A stretch of DNA of 59,881 bases from an uncultured Acidobacteriota bacterium (GTDB lineage Bacteria; Acidobacteriota; UBA6911), in the NCBI GenBank assembly GCA_964613495.1, contig CAZTHE010000007.1, forward strand, positions 1 through 59,881, written 5' to 3'. The notes beneath the pieces are model-generated. The model was not told the DNA's origin. It did no database searches and saw only the letters and a list, made by a program, of their open reading frames with translations. Below are positions 8,607 through 20,044 of the stretch, one piece after another (position 1 is the first letter of the stretch; each line of letters begins with the position of its first letter). The position numbers were made by a program, and so were the translations under genes.

Positions 8607-10031
8607 TCAGAAGCGTTCCGGCAGCCGCGCGCCTCTGATCTTTGCCGGCAGGCTTACGCCCTGGTGCAGCAGCTGCTTCTGCAGCACGACGGTGTCGACG
8701 TCCCTGGGCCTGATTCGCGCCTGCACGGCCAGGGCCGCGGCGGTCCCCGCCGCCTGCCCCATCGCGATGCAGTGCGGGATCAGGTTGAAATATTCGTTGA
8801 ACCGGTAATCGGAAGAGAACGCCCGGCAGGCGACCAGCAGGCCGTCGACGCCCCTGGGCACCAGGGCACGGTACGGGATGCAGACGTTCGGGTGCCTGGC
8901 CGAGATTTCGCCGTTGTCGTTGTCGGGAAACACGGCGATGGTATCTTCGAACACTTCGTCCGACGTCATGTCCTTTTCCGTGCAGACGTACTCGCCGATC
9001 ACCCGCTGGCCGCCCTGGATGCCGAGCTGCGGGGCGCTGAGCGCGATGTAGCTGTTTTCGAAGCCGGGCACGTGCTTCCGGTAGAACTCGTAGGACAGCA
9101 GCATCTTCTTTCTGCCCTCGAGTTCGACCCGGTTGATCTCGCGGATGTCCGCCTGGTTCAGCGAAGGGAAGAAAGGGTGGAACCAGACGACGCCGTCGTG
9201 GCGGCGCACCAGGTCCTTGAGATAAAAGGCGGCGCCTCCCTGCCCGGCCAGGTCCTGCATCAACGCGGCATACCGTTCCGGTTCCGCAGCCCGGAATCCC
9301 TCGAGCCGCTTCATGGCCACATTGCCGATCCAGAACGGGAAGGCGAATGCGGCGATCCGGAGGCCCGGCACCATCTGCGTGTCGCACGCGGCGCCGGCGG
9401 GTTGCAGGAGGTCGCCGTCGCCGGTGCAATCGATGACCACCCTGGCCAGGATGGCCTGCCTGCCCGACTTGCTTTCGATGAAAACGCCCCGGACGGTGTT
9501 CCCGTCCAGGATGGGGCGGGTTCCCCAGCAGTGGAGGCACAGGTGAACCCCGGCTTCTTCCATCATGGTGTTCAGCTCGCACTTCAGGATTTCCGGATCG
9601 GTCAGGACGCTGTACAGCACGCGCTTCCTGCCGATGTTCAGGTCTTCGCGGATATAAAACCACGCCAGGTTCGAATCGATGTAGTGACGGACCAGTTTTT
9701 CGTCCGTGGAACCCCAGCCCTCTTTCCTGGGATAGTCGGCGGCTCCCCGGGCGTCCAGCCGGTCGACCAGTTCCTGGCAGATGCCGGCGATCTGCTGTTC
9801 CCCGTTGATGTTGCCCAGGTTCGGGATGATCGTGACCAGCCCGCCGGTCGCCATGCCTCCCAGATGGCCGTACCGTTCCACGAGCACCGTGTCCGCGCCG
9901 CTGCGCGCGGCGGCCAGGGCCGACCCGATGCCTCCGGGGCCTCCCCCCACGACCAGGACATCGGTTTCCCTGCAGACAGGGATGTCCCGGGCCGATTCCG
10001 TTATCGTCTTCATGCCGTCATGGGTGCTCAT
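8607..10031 (-). CDS. FAD-dependent oxidoreductase
   Basis: 474 aa with the dinucleotide-binding motif DVLVVGGGPGGIGSALAAARSGADTVLVERYGHLGGMATGG. GGGAGG lies 8 nt upstream of the ATG. Confidence 0.75.
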   Translation of the reverse strand: MSTHDGMKTITESARDIPVCRETDVLVVGGGPGGIGSALAAARSGADTVLVERYGHLGGMATGGLVTIIPNLGNINGEQQIAGICQELVDRLDARGAADYPRKEGWGSTDEKLVRHYIDSNLAWFYIREDLNIGRKRVLYSVLTDPEILKCELNTMMEEAGVHLCLHCWGTRPILDGNTVRGVFIESKSGRQAILARVVIDCTGDGDLLQPAGAACDTQMVPGLRIAAFAFPFWIGNVAMKRLEGFRAAEPERYAALMQDLAGQGGAAFYLKDLVRRHDGVVWFHPFFPSLNQADIREINRVELEGRKKMLLSYEFYRKHVPGFENSYIALSAPQLGIQGGQRVIGEYVCTEKDMTSDEVFEDTIAVFPDNDNGEISARHPNVCIPYRALVPRGVDGLLVACRAFSSDYRFNEYFNLIPHCIAMGQAAGTAAALAVQARIRPRDVDTVVLQKQLLHQGVSLPAKIRGARLPERF

Positions 10032-10110
10032 CGTCAGACCTCCCGGGGCTGGACTGGCTTCGCTTTGCCCGCCGCCATAGGCCGCATTTTAAGACAGCGG
10101 CCCCCGCTAT

Positions 10111-10126
10111 GGGAATCAGATTCCGG
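10111..10126. repeat. heptamer-repeat locus 2a (palindromic GGAATC-A-GATTCC)
   Basis: GGGAATCAGATTCCGG lies in the divergent intergenic region. Confidence 0.5.
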
Positions 10127-10226
10127 AGCGGTGTTCCCGAAAAGCACGCCCACGATTTTGCAGGGGAACATTGCGGGCGGCCGGAGGGAGTTCAATTCCG
10201 GATGCCCCACCCCAGGATCCCGACCA

Positions 10227-10250
10227 TTTGGAATCTGGAATCCGATTCCC
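10227..10250. repeat. heptamer-repeat locus 2b
   Basis: TTTGGAATCTGGAATCCGATTCCC. Its last part is the palindrome GGAATC-C-GATTCC. Confidence 0.7.
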
Positions 10251-10332
10251 CTGCCGCAACAGAAGCTTCATCATTTAGGGGATTGGCTCGTGTCTTTTTC
10301 TGATACTATCCTCAGTCTGCGTGTGAAAAATT

Positions 10333-11124
10333 ATGGCCATTCCTGTCGCATTGACCATCGCGGGGTCCGATCCTTCCGGCGGCGCCGGAATCCAGGCGGA
10401 CCTGAAGACGTTCCACCAGCGCGGCGTCTATGGCGAGAGCGTCGTCACGCTCGTGACGGTGCAGAACACCGTGAGGGTCGGCGCCGTTGAGGTGCTCCCG
10501 GCAGGCCTCGTCGCCGCCCAGCTGGAGGCGGTCCTGGAGGACATCCCCCCGGCCGCGGCCAAGACCGGAGCCCTCGGCAACGGCGATATCGTGCGCCTGG
10601 TCGCGGAGCGGGCGCGGCATTTCGGGTTTCCGCTCGTGGTGGACCCCGTGATGGTCAGCAAGCACGGGCACCCGCTGATGACGGCGGAGGCCCGGGCCGC
10701 CGTCGCGGAACTCCTCCTGCCCCGGGCTTTTCTCGTCACGCCGAATCTCCACGAGGCGGGGGAGTTGGCCGGGATATCCGTGACCGGTATCGGTTCGATG
10801 AAAGAAGCGGCGGCCCGCATCGCCGCGCTCGGGGCGCACGCCGTCCTGGTCAAAGGGGGGCACCTCGAAGGCGACGCGGTCGATATCCTGTACAGGGACG
10901 GACGCGTGCGCGAATACCGCTCGCCGCGCATACAGACCGTGCACACGCACGGGACGGGGTGCACCTATTCCGCCTGCATCGCGGCCGAGCTGGCCAAAGG
11001 GCAAAGCCTGGAAGGCGCCGTGGATGTCGCCAAGAAGTTTATTTCGCTGGCCATCGCCACGAACCCCGGGCTCGGCAGGGGAGCCGGGCCGGTCAACCAC
11101 CACGCGCGAATACCCGAATCCTGA
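10333..11124 (+). CDS. thiD: hydroxymethylpyrimidine/phosphomethylpyrimidine kinase
   Basis: 263 aa with [22 protein letters not shown] ... [19 protein letters not shown], the characteristic ThiD motifs. Confidence 0.9.
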   Translation: MAIPVALTIAGSDPSGGAGIQADLKTFHQRGVYGESVVTLVTVQNTVRVGAVEVLPAGLVAAQLEAVLEDIPPAAAKTGALGNGDIVRLVAERARHFGFPLVVDPVMVSKHGHPLMTAEARAAVAELLLPRAFLVTPNLHEAGELAGISVTGIGSMKEAAARIAALGAHAVLVKGGHLEGDAVDILYRDGRVREYRSPRIQTVHTHGTGCTYSACIAAELAKGQSLEGAVDVAKKFISLAIATNPGLGRGAGPVNHHARIPES

Positions 11125-11306
11125 GTCCGGACGCGGCCTTCGCGTTGTCTTTTGCGGCCGGGGCTTTTATGCTTTAAAGAAATTTCCGGACCTGACGCCG
11201 TTCCGCGCCGCCAGCGACTCCCGGGAAGCCTTCGAGTGCCCGAAAGGGGACCCGACCGGAATTCACAAATTCCAGCCTGCATCCCCGGGTTGGAGACGGG
11301 ATTTTT

Positions 11307-12647
11307 ATGGACGACTATTTGCTCGAGCGCCGGTACGAAGAGCCCCCGGCCTCAAAAAAGGACCACCGCCACGCTACCGAGCGCGACCGGGACCGCGTCC
11401 TGCACAGTTCCGCGTTCCGGAGACTCCAGGGAAAAACCCAGGTCTTCGGCATCGGCCAGGCCGACTTCTACCGCACGCGCCTGACCCATAGCGTGGAAGT
11501 CGCGCAGATCGCGCGGGCGATCGCCACCAACCTGCTTTTCGAGCAGCCGCTCCTGGGGCGCTGCCTTTCGCCGGAACTCGCCGAGGCGACGGCCCTCGCG
11601 CACGACCTGGGGCACCCTCCGTTCGGCCACGCCGGGGAGCAGACGCTGGACGCTTGCATGCGGGAAGTCAGCCGTAAGGGGCGGCTCAGAGGGAAAAATC
11701 TGCTCCGGTTCGAAGGAAACGCCCAGACGTTCCACATCCTGGTCGCCGCCGAACCGAAATCGCCGTCCTATCCGGGGCTGAACCTGACGCGCGCGACCCT
11801 GGCCGGCGTGTTGAAATATCCTTACGCGCAGGAGACCGGGAACGACAAATTCGTCTTCGCATCCGACCTGCCGGCTGCGCGGTGGGCGCTGGAACACGGA
11901 GGCCCGGTTCTTGCGGAACAGAAAAGGCCCTCGCGCCGCCGGCACCGGACATCCATCGCCTGCCAGGTCCTGGATTGGGCGGATGACTGCGCCTACTCGA
12001 TCCATGACGTGGAGGACGCGCTGCAGGCGCAGTTCCTGCATCCCGGCGACCTGGAGGACGCACGCTTCGCCCGGCGCGTCCTCGCGCACTACGAAGAGAC
12101 GCGCGCGGAAGAGGCGGTGCCCGGGCTCTCGCTTGCGGAGGTCCGCGGCCGGCTCCTGGACCTGGAGCGGCGGATCAAGCCGTCCGAACAGGGCGATGAG
12201 CGGGCGCAGCGGAAAGCCGCCATGCGCAACATCCTGAACGACCTGATCACGTCCGTCTCGGTGGAGTCCTGCGGCGGGAGCCGGCGGTCGGATTTCTCCT
12301 GGCGGCTGATCGTGCCGGATGAGGCCCGCATCCTGTCCGTTTTATGCAAATCCGTGATCTGGGAGGCCGTGATCACGGATCCGCGGGTCGCCGCCATGAG
12401 CACCAAGGGCCGCGAAATCCTGCGCGACCTGTTTCATCTGCTGATGGACGAAGTCCTGGAGAAGAAGAGCGCCGTCCTGTTTCCCCGATACTACCGGCCG
12501 ATCATCGAGGAGTGCATGGGCGGGGACCCGGCGGAGGCGGCGCGCGCCGTCTGCAATTTCCTGGCGCTGCTGACCGACATGGATGCGCTACGGTTTCACG
12601 CTCTGCTGCGCGGCTCCAAGGCCTCTTCCGTCTTCGACTTCATCTAG
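11307..12647 (+). CDS. dGTP triphosphohydrolase-like HD-domain protein
   Basis: 446 aa with RDRDRVLHSSAFRRLQGKTQVF ... RTRLTHSVEVAQIAR ... HDLGHPPFGH. Confidence 0.85.
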   Translation: MDDYLLERRYEEPPASKKDHRHATERDRDRVLHSSAFRRLQGKTQVFGIGQADFYRTRLTHSVEVAQIARAIATNLLFEQPLLGRCLSPELAEATALAHDLGHPPFGHAGEQTLDACMREVSRKGRLRGKNLLRFEGNAQTFHILVAAEPKSPSYPGLNLTRATLAGVLKYPYAQETGNDKFVFASDLPAARWALEHGGPVLAEQKRPSRRRHRTSIACQVLDWADDCAYSIHDVEDALQAQFLHPGDLEDARFARRVLAHYEETRAEEAVPGLSLAEVRGRLLDLERRIKPSEQGDERAQRKAAMRNILNDLITSVSVESCGGSRRSDFSWRLIVPDEARILSVLCKSVIWEAVITDPRVAAMSTKGREILRDLFHLLMDEVLEKKSAVLFPRYYRPIIEECMGGDPAEAARAVCNFLALLTDMDALRFHALLRGSKASSVFDFI

Positions 12648-13388
12648 CCCCTTTCCCCGGACCGCCTTGCGCCAGACGGCCGTGGCCCACCATGCGGCCG
12701 CCTCGCGCCACGCCAGCGGGGAAGTCTCGAGCCGCACGCGCCCGCGCCGGATCGCATGCAGCACGGAGTGCACGGCCGGTTCGGAATACACCCATGCGAA
12801 CGTTCTCCCCAGTTGCCACAGGAAATGCACGTCGCCGCACCCCACGAGCGGCTTCAGCGTCTCTTCGGCGAGGCGGACGGCGCGGCGGTTGAAGTCCAGT
12901 CCCCGGACCCGGAACCCGGAGTACTCGACGGCATCGACTGCGTCCGGGTTTCTGCGCAGCATCCCGCGCAGGCAGCTGCGGTCGGGGAAATACGGGTGCG
13001 GCGCGATGACGAGCGTGTCCGGGCCGGAGCGCGCGCGTATCTTTTCCAGGGTGTTCAGGTTTTCGGCCGCCGTGCGGAAGTTGTAGACCAGCACGTGCCG
13101 GCCCCTTTCCACGGTCACCTCCATGCCGGGAATCAGCGTGATGCCCCGTTCCCGGGCGTAGTCCGCCAGGTCCGGCGTCCAGACGTCGAGGTCGTGGCAG
13201 GTGACGGAGAGTATCCTGTAGCCGATTGAGGCTGCCCTGTCGATGAGCTGCCCGGGAGTGTGCCGGCACATGCAGCGGTCTTCGGGATCGAGGCTGCAGT
13301 GCGCGTGCAGTTCCGCTTTCAGCCATTGCCTTCCGGTTCCCCAGTTTTCGCTCATGTCCGGCGTCCCCCCGCTGGCCTTTCTGCCCAC
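12588..13388 (-). CDS. PHP-domain metal-dependent phosphoesterase
   Basis: 266 aa with an N-terminal LKAELHAHCSLDPED (PHP His cluster) and later GCGDVHFLWQ. An alternative start is at 13355 (MSENW). The 3' end overlaps the convergent dGTPase-like gene by 60 nt. Confidence 0.65.
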   Translation of the reverse strand: MGRKASGGTPDMSENWGTGRQWLKAELHAHCSLDPEDRCMCRHTPGQLIDRAASIGYRILSVTCHDLDVWTPDLADYARERGITLIPGMEVTVERGRHVLVYNFRTAAENLNTLEKIRARSGPDTLVIAPHPYFPDRSCLRGMLRRNPDAVDAVEYSGFRVRGLDFNRRAVRLAEETLKPLVGCGDVHFLWQLGRTFAWVYSEPAVHSVLHAIRRGRVRLETSPLAWREAAAWWATAVWRKAVRGKGLDEVEDGRGLGAAQQSVKP

Positions 13389-13457
13389 GGCCTACTTATC
13401 GGCAGAGCGGGAGCCGCAATCGACGATAATCGCGGCCCGTGCCCGGCCGCAACGCAG

Positions 13458-13486
13458 TTGACAGGGGGGGGCGGGTTTTATACGCT
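13458..13486 (+). promoter_or_regulatory. candidate sigma70-type promoter for proS
   Basis: TTGACA, a 17-nt spacer, then TACGCT, ending 37 nt upstream of the proS ATG. Confidence 0.3.
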
Positions 13487-13498
13487 TTCAGCCTTTGA

Positions 13499-14962
<1,464 letters not shown>

Positions 14963-15043
14963 TAGATTCCAGATTCCAGATTCCAGAGGCAGCCCCAATC
15001 TGGAATCGGGAATCTGAAATCTGGAATCCGGAATCTGAAATCC
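14963..15043. repeat. heptamer-repeat locus 3: inverted arrays forming a ~24-bp-stem hairpin between convergent genes
   Basis: TAGATTCCAGATTCCAGATTCCAGA, a 9-nt spacer, then AATCTGGAATCGGGAATCTGAAATCTGGAATCCGGAATCTGAAATCC. It fills the whole proS/MBL intergenic gap. Confidence 0.85.
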
Positions 15044-15726
15044 TATCCCATATCGCGCACGAAGCGCTGGACGGAATCGTAATTCATGTAGGGATTCGAC
15101 TGTTTCTGCTCGCCGATGGTCGACTGCGGGCTGCCGCCGTAATCGTGCCCCGGGTAGACGATCGTGCCGTCGTCCAGGGACCGCAGCGTGTGGTTCAGGC
15201 TCCACCACATCTTCGCCGGGTCCCCCCCCGGCATATCGACGCGTCCGCAGGCGTCGACGAAAAGAGTGTCTCCCGAGAAGAGACAGCCCTCGACCAGGAA
15301 GCACTGGGATCCGGGGCTGTGGCCGGGCGTGTGCAGACACCGGATGGAGAGCCTGCCGACCCGGACGGTGTCCCCGTCGGCGACCGTCCGGATACTTGCG
15401 GCCCGCGTCTTTAGAAAAGCCGTCGACATGCCGAAACTGCGGGCAACCTCCTGCATGTACGGCACCTCGTCGGCGTGGATGACCATCGTCGCATCGGTGG
15501 CCTCCAGCAACGGCTCCAGGGCGTTGACGTGGTCCGGGTGTCCGTGGGTCAGCAGGACGTGGCGGATCTCGAGCCGCAGCTCCCGCGCCAGGTCCATGAT
15601 TTCCCCCGGTTCCCACGCGGGATCCACGACGGCGGCGTCTCTCGTTTCCGCGCACCCGATCAGGTACACGTAATTCATCATGGGGCCGATCGGCGTCTGT
15701 TTCACGATCAAGTTCGGTGATGGCAT
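15043..15726 (-). CDS. MBL-fold metallo-hydrolase (glyoxalase II-like)
   Basis: 227 aa with LLTHGHPDHV ... HTPGHSPGS ... GDTLF ... YPGHDY. The RBS is GGAGGGACAGG. Confidence 0.8.
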   Translation of the reverse strand: MPSPNLIVKQTPIGPMMNYVYLIGCAETRDAAVVDPAWEPGEIMDLARELRLEIRHVLLTHGHPDHVNALEPLLEATDATMVIHADEVPYMQEVARSFGMSTAFLKTRAASIRTVADGDTVRVGRLSIRCLHTPGHSPGSQCFLVEGCLFSGDTLFVDACGRVDMPGGDPAKMWWSLNHTLRSLDDGTIVYPGHDYGGSPQSTIGEQKQSNPYMNYDSVQRFVRDMG

Positions 15727-15813
15727 CCTGTCCCTCCGCGATTAAGAGTATACAAGAAAGCGCGCATCAGGCTACCATTTCCACGGGGGGACTGCCGTGT
15801 CGCAGGCGAGGCC

Positions 15814-16794
15814 ATGGAATGCCGGGCGGAGTTGAAAACTCGGTGCGGAAGCCGCCGGATTCTTGCCGGCCTGATCCTGTGCGCGGTCTGCGCCGCCGTT
15901 CTGGCTGCCGGGGCCGATGCCAGGGCGGACGCGTATGGGGACGTCCCCCAAAAGGAGACGCCGAAAAAATTGCGGGATTCCTGGCTGCGCTTCCACGAAA
16001 ACGGGATGTGCGGCGACATCGATGCGGAATTCGTATTCGAAGGCCCGGGAATGCGGATATGGAGCCGAATCGAGGGCGAGAAGGAATCTGCCCGGTTCCG
16101 GAAATTTTTCGAGCCGCTGATCAGGAACTACCGGGTCGAGATATACATCAACCGCCCGCGCGAATGGGACAGGGCCGAAATCGCAACGGACCCTCCCCCG
16201 GGCCTCTGGCAGAACCAGGAGTTGCGTTACAACCTGGGAGACCGGCTCGCGCGTTCCCTGAGGGACCTGGATTTCGACGAGGATTCTGCCGCGAACCCCT
16301 ATTGGGCGGATGCGCTGCTGAAACAGCGCCTGCTGGTGTACGCCGAGCAGACCCTGAAACGAAACCGGAAGATGGAGCACGGCGCCCTCCACCTGTTCGC
16401 CCTCGTACGCGCGGCTTTCGATCCGGCCGCCGCGCCCGACTTCAGGGCCCGGGCCATCGCCGCTGGCTCCGCGCACGCGAAAGAGCTCGAGAAGAACATC
16501 GAGAAGCTGGCCGGCGATCTCAGGCAGGCCACCCCGGGCTCCGGGAAGGGGAACCGCGCGTCCCGCCCGGACGCGGCACCCGATCCGGCGGCGCCGTCGC
16601 TTCCGGATGCGGCGGAACGGCTCTACGCGGACGCCCGGGGCGCGGCCGGCCGCGTCCACCGCTTCATCTATCCCGAGCAGTACACGGTCGAGTTGGGGGA
16701 ATTGCGAACCCCGGGCCTTCTCGAATCCCTGGCGCGGCTCCAGCGGAAGACGCGCGACCTGCGCAGGGCGCTGGAAGCCGCGGCCCGCAGATAG
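15814..16794 (+). CDS. hypothetical secreted protein
   Basis: 326 aa with a signal-like RRILAGLILCAVCAAVLAAGADARA. No family recognised. Confidence 0.55.
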   Translation: MECRAELKTRCGSRRILAGLILCAVCAAVLAAGADARADAYGDVPQKETPKKLRDSWLRFHENGMCGDIDAEFVFEGPGMRIWSRIEGEKESARFRKFFEPLIRNYRVEIYINRPREWDRAEIATDPPPGLWQNQELRYNLGDRLARSLRDLDFDEDSAANPYWADALLKQRLLVYAEQTLKRNRKMEHGALHLFALVRAAFDPAAAPDFRARAIAAGSAHAKELEKNIEKLAGDLRQATPGSGKGNRASRPDAAPDPAAPSLPDAAERLYADARGAAGRVHRFIYPEQYTVELGELRTPGLLESLARLQRKTRDLRRALEAAARR

Positions 16795-16924
16795 TCGGCC
16801 GGAACGGGCCGGGCCGCGACGCCTTGACCTTGCCGGTGATAGACGCGATAATCCGGATTCGGGCCGCAGGGACCGCACGGCGCAATCCGACGTCGGCGCC
16901 CCGACCGGACCGGGGACGGTATTC

Positions 16925-17956
16925 ATGAGTCGAAGCGACAGATTCCTAAAAGCCTGCCGGCTGGAAAAGCCGGACTGCACGCCCGTGTGGTTCATGCGTC
17001 AGGCGGGACGGTACATGAAGGCGTACCGCGGCATCCGCGAAAAGCACGGGTTGATGGAGATGTTCAAAAATCCCGGAATCGCGGCGGAGGTCACGCTGCA
17101 GCCGGTGCGGGCTTTCGCGGTGGACGCGGCCATCGTCTTCGCGGACATCCTCCTCCCTCTGGAGGGCATGGGCCTGCCGTTCGAATTCGCGCCGGGCCCC
17201 GTGATCCGCCGTCCGGTCCGTAACCGGGCCGATATCCGGGCGCTGCGCGTGGCGGATCCGGACGAGGACCTGGGGTACGTGCTGGAGGCGCTCCGCATGG
17301 TGCGGAGCGAGCTCGACGGCGACGTGCCGTTGATCGGGTTTGCCGGGGCCCCCTTTACGCTCGCCAGCTATGCGATCGAGGGCGGATCTTCGTCGAACTA
17401 TCTTCTGACGAAAGGCCTGATGTACGGCGACCGGGAAGCCTGGGACCTGCTCATGGACACATTCAGCCGGACGATCCTGGGGTTTTTGAAGGCCCAGGTG
17501 CGGGCCGGGGCGCAGGCCGTGCAGATTTTCGATTCGTGGGTCGGATGCCTGTCCCCGGCCGACTACGAGTCCTTCGTACTGCCGTACACCCGGCGCATTT
17601 TCGACTCGCTGCGGCAGGAGGGAGTCCCGTCGATTCATTTCGGCACCGGGACGGCGGGGTTGCTGCAACTTTTCGCTTCAGCAGGGGGAGACGTCGTCGG
17701 AGTGGACTGGCGCACCGCGCTGGACGCAGCCTGGCGCACGATCGGCCCGGGGGCAGGGATTCAGGGGAACCTGGACCCCGCGGCGCTGATGGCTCGGCCG
17801 CCGGTATGGAAACGCAAGGCCATGGAGGTGCTGCGGCAGGCCGGAGGGGCTCCGGGGCACATTTTCAATCTCGGACACGGAATCGGCCCCTCCACGCCGG
17901 AGGATTCCGTCAGGGCTCTCGCGGATTTCGTGCACGAATCCACGTCCGGGACTTAA
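16925..17956 (+). CDS. hemE: uroporphyrinogen decarboxylase
   Basis: MSRSDRFLKACRLEKPDCTPVWFMRQAGRYMKAYR ... FADILLPLEGMG. The ORF-track start at 16607 is an upstream in-frame extension. Confidence 0.9.
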   Translation: MSRSDRFLKACRLEKPDCTPVWFMRQAGRYMKAYRGIREKHGLMEMFKNPGIAAEVTLQPVRAFAVDAAIVFADILLPLEGMGLPFEFAPGPVIRRPVRNRADIRALRVADPDEDLGYVLEALRMVRSELDGDVPLIGFAGAPFTLASYAIEGGSSSNYLLTKGLMYGDREAWDLLMDTFSRTILGFLKAQVRAGAQAVQIFDSWVGCLSPADYESFVLPYTRRIFDSLRQEGVPSIHFGTGTAGLLQLFASAGGDVVGVDWRTALDAAWRTIGPGAGIQGNLDPAALMARPPVWKRKAMEVLRQAGGAPGHIFNLGHGIGPSTPEDSVRALADFVHESTSGT

Positions 17957-18225
17957 TCGAACACGACCGTCTGCAGCGTGGATATCTCGATCGTCTTGCC
18001 GCAGCGCGGATTCTTGCAGCGCAGCTTGTCATCGAGACGAATCCGGTAGTTGCGCGCCTTGGCGAACCGGGCGCGGTCCTGCTCGTTGGCTCCCGGCGGA
18101 AGAGACGCCTTCTTGGTCCGGCGGCGCCAGCGGATCGGGTATTCCATTGAAGTCCGGCATTTCGGGCAGTAGATCGTGGCAGGCACGATTTCGTCTTTCT
18201 CGGTGAAAAGGTCACGTTCTTCCAT
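17953..18225 (-). CDS. small zinc-ribbon hypothetical protein
   Basis: 90 aa with CPKC ... CKNPRC (four Cys). It overlaps the hemE stop by 4 nt (convergent). Confidence 0.5.
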   Translation of the reverse strand: MEERDLFTEKDEIVPATIYCPKCRTSMEYPIRWRRRTKKASLPPGANEQDRARFAKARNYRIRLDDKLRCKNPRCGKTIEISTLQTVVFD

Positions 18226-18339
18226 AGCGATGCATTATAGGACGCCAGGGCCCGCGGCGACAGCGGGAATTTGATGTATTATGGGTCTCTGCCGCCGTCC
18301 GGCCGGGAATTCGGGCGCGGCCGGAAATGACCCGGCAGA

Positions 18340-19107
18340 ATGACGGGACGGAGCCAGATCATGATGGAGTTATTGCGCAGAATTTTTTCGGCCGAGTCCG
18401 ATCCCTCCGATCGGCGGATCCGGCGGGCACTCAAGCAGGTCACGCAGATGCACGGCGAAGCGGCGACGCGGGTCGGGGCGATGGAGCGGCTCGCCTCCTG
18501 GAAGACGCCGGAAGCCGCCGCGGCCCTGTTGCGCAGGTTTACGGTCCAGACGCCGCAGGCCAGCATGGACCTGGAGGAAAAGCAGTACGCGGTCCGGCTT
18601 CTTGCCCGGATGGGGGATGTCGCCGTCAAACCGATCCTGGATTACCTGCACGTGGAACCCGACGTCACCTATCCCGTGCGCGCCCTGCGGGACATCCTGC
18701 CGCCGGGGGAATTTCACGAGGCGCTGACCGATATCCTGTCGCGCCTCTCCACGGGTTATACGCGCTGGCCGGAAGCCAAGGCGGTGCTCATCGCCCACCT
18801 TTCGGACGAGGCGTTCCCGCTCGTCGCCGGAACGGTGCTCCGCTCCCTCGAGGACGAGGACGACGATGTCTGCATCGCCGCGATCGATTACCTCGCGCGG
18901 AACGGGGACGAGACGGTGCGTGAAAAGCTGATCCAGGTCTTCCTGGAATCGGAATCGAGGCCGAGGGTCCGGGGAAGGATCCTCGATCATTTCTGCGAGA
19001 TGGAATGGCCCGTCAAAGGCTATAGGAAGAGGATGGAAGAAGCGATTTCGCTTCCCTTTTATCTGACCGCCAAAGGGACCGTCAAGCGCAGGTCCGCGCA
19101 GGAATGA
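18340..19107 (+). CDS. HEAT-repeat-like hypothetical protein
   Basis: 255 aa with helical-repeat character (AAAALLRRF..., AIDYLARNGDETVREKLIQVF). An alternative start is at 18361 (MMELL). Confidence 0.5.
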   Translation: MTGRSQIMMELLRRIFSAESDPSDRRIRRALKQVTQMHGEAATRVGAMERLASWKTPEAAAALLRRFTVQTPQASMDLEEKQYAVRLLARMGDVAVKPILDYLHVEPDVTYPVRALRDILPPGEFHEALTDILSRLSTGYTRWPEAKAVLIAHLSDEAFPLVAGTVLRSLEDEDDDVCIAAIDYLARNGDETVREKLIQVFLESESRPRVRGRILDHFCEMEWPVKGYRKRMEEAISLPFYLTAKGTVKRRSAQE

Positions 19108-19162
19108 CGCCTGGTCCTCCGCGCGTTTTTGCGCCGGGGGCCGCAAGCGGGCCGGACCGAGG

Positions 19163-20044
19163 TCAAATCTCTCCCAGGAATGATTCCAGCAGCTGATTGA
19201 AGGCCTGGGGCTTTTCGAGAAAAAGTGCGTTGCCGGCATCGTCGATCACTTCCAGGCTGGAACGCGGAATCCTGGACTGCATGTACTCGCCGTTCGCACG
19301 GTTTTCCGGTGAGGTCACGATGAGGCTGGGGACCGACACGTGCCTCAGGGCGGACCGCCTGTCCCCCGTGAACCAGTCGAAGTAGAGTGTGGCCGCCGTC
19401 CCGAGCGACGTCTTGCGGCCCCCGTCCAGCAGCTGCTTGATCAGGATTTCCGGCTGGCGCGCCTTGAAAAGCCCTCGAATATACTGATCCATCGCCTTGG
19501 CCCGGTCCTCCTGCAGCGACAGGAGCAGCCTGCGGGCCTGCTGCGCCGTCACCGAGCCGGGGTAATCGTCGGTCTTCGCGAGGGCCGGCCCGCCCTCCAC
19601 GAAAACGACTTTTTCGGGCTTCAACGCCTCCGGGCTGGAGAGGTACTCCAGGAGCGTCGTCACTCCCGAAGACCAGGCCACCAGGCAGGCTCGTTCGGCC
19701 TCGAGGGCCTGGAGAAATGAGTGCAGGTCGGCCGCATGCTGCGCATACGTGTTGCCGACCTCCGTTCGCGTCGTCTCTCCCTGGCTGCGCGGATCCATGG
19801 CAATGACCCGGAATCCCCTGGCCGAGAAATAGGGGATCTGTTCCTTCCAAATTTCGGCGGGCATCATCCATCCGGGTATGAATACGAGTGTCCGCTCCGA
19901 GGATCCCGCTTCCAGGTAGCGGATCTTGATATCTCCGACCTGGACGTATTTGTCTTTCCACGGGCCGCCGTCCCTGCCCGCGCAGGGCAGGCCGGCCGCG
20001 ATCAGGGCAAGGAGCACGATCGCCGGAATCGCCATATTTTTCAT
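19163..20044 (-). CDS. alpha/beta hydrolase (secreted)
   Basis: 293 aa with signal peptide MKNMAIPAIVLLALIAAGLPCAG. It has FIPGWMM and a nucleophile-elbow-like VAWSSGV. Confidence 0.7.
   Translation of the reverse strand: MKNMAIPAIVLLALIAAGLPCAGRDGGPWKDKYVQVGDIKIRYLEAGSSERTLVFIPGWMMPAEIWKEQIPYFSARGFRVIAMDPRSQGETTRTEVGNTYAQHAADLHSFLQALEAERACLVAWSSGVTTLLEYLSSPEALKPEKVVFVEGGPALAKTDDYPGSVTAQQARRLLLSLQEDRAKAMDQYIRGLFKARQPEILIKQLLDGGRKTSLGTAATLYFDWFTGDRRSALRHVSVPSLIVTSPENRANGEYMQSRIPRSSLEVIDDAGNALFLEKPQAFNQLLESFLGEI

Noticed and set aside
10032-10332. Looked for a TPP (THI-box) riboswitch upstream of thiD
   Set aside because: I could not find the conserved CUGAGA ... ACCUGAUCUGGAUAAUGCCAGCG core. 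The region contains only heptamer-repeat units and no convincing THI element.
14963-15043. Considered whether the tandem-repeat loci are CRISPR arrays
   Set aside because: The units are 7 bp and contiguous, with no spacers, and no cas genes are present. This is incompatible with CRISPR architecture.
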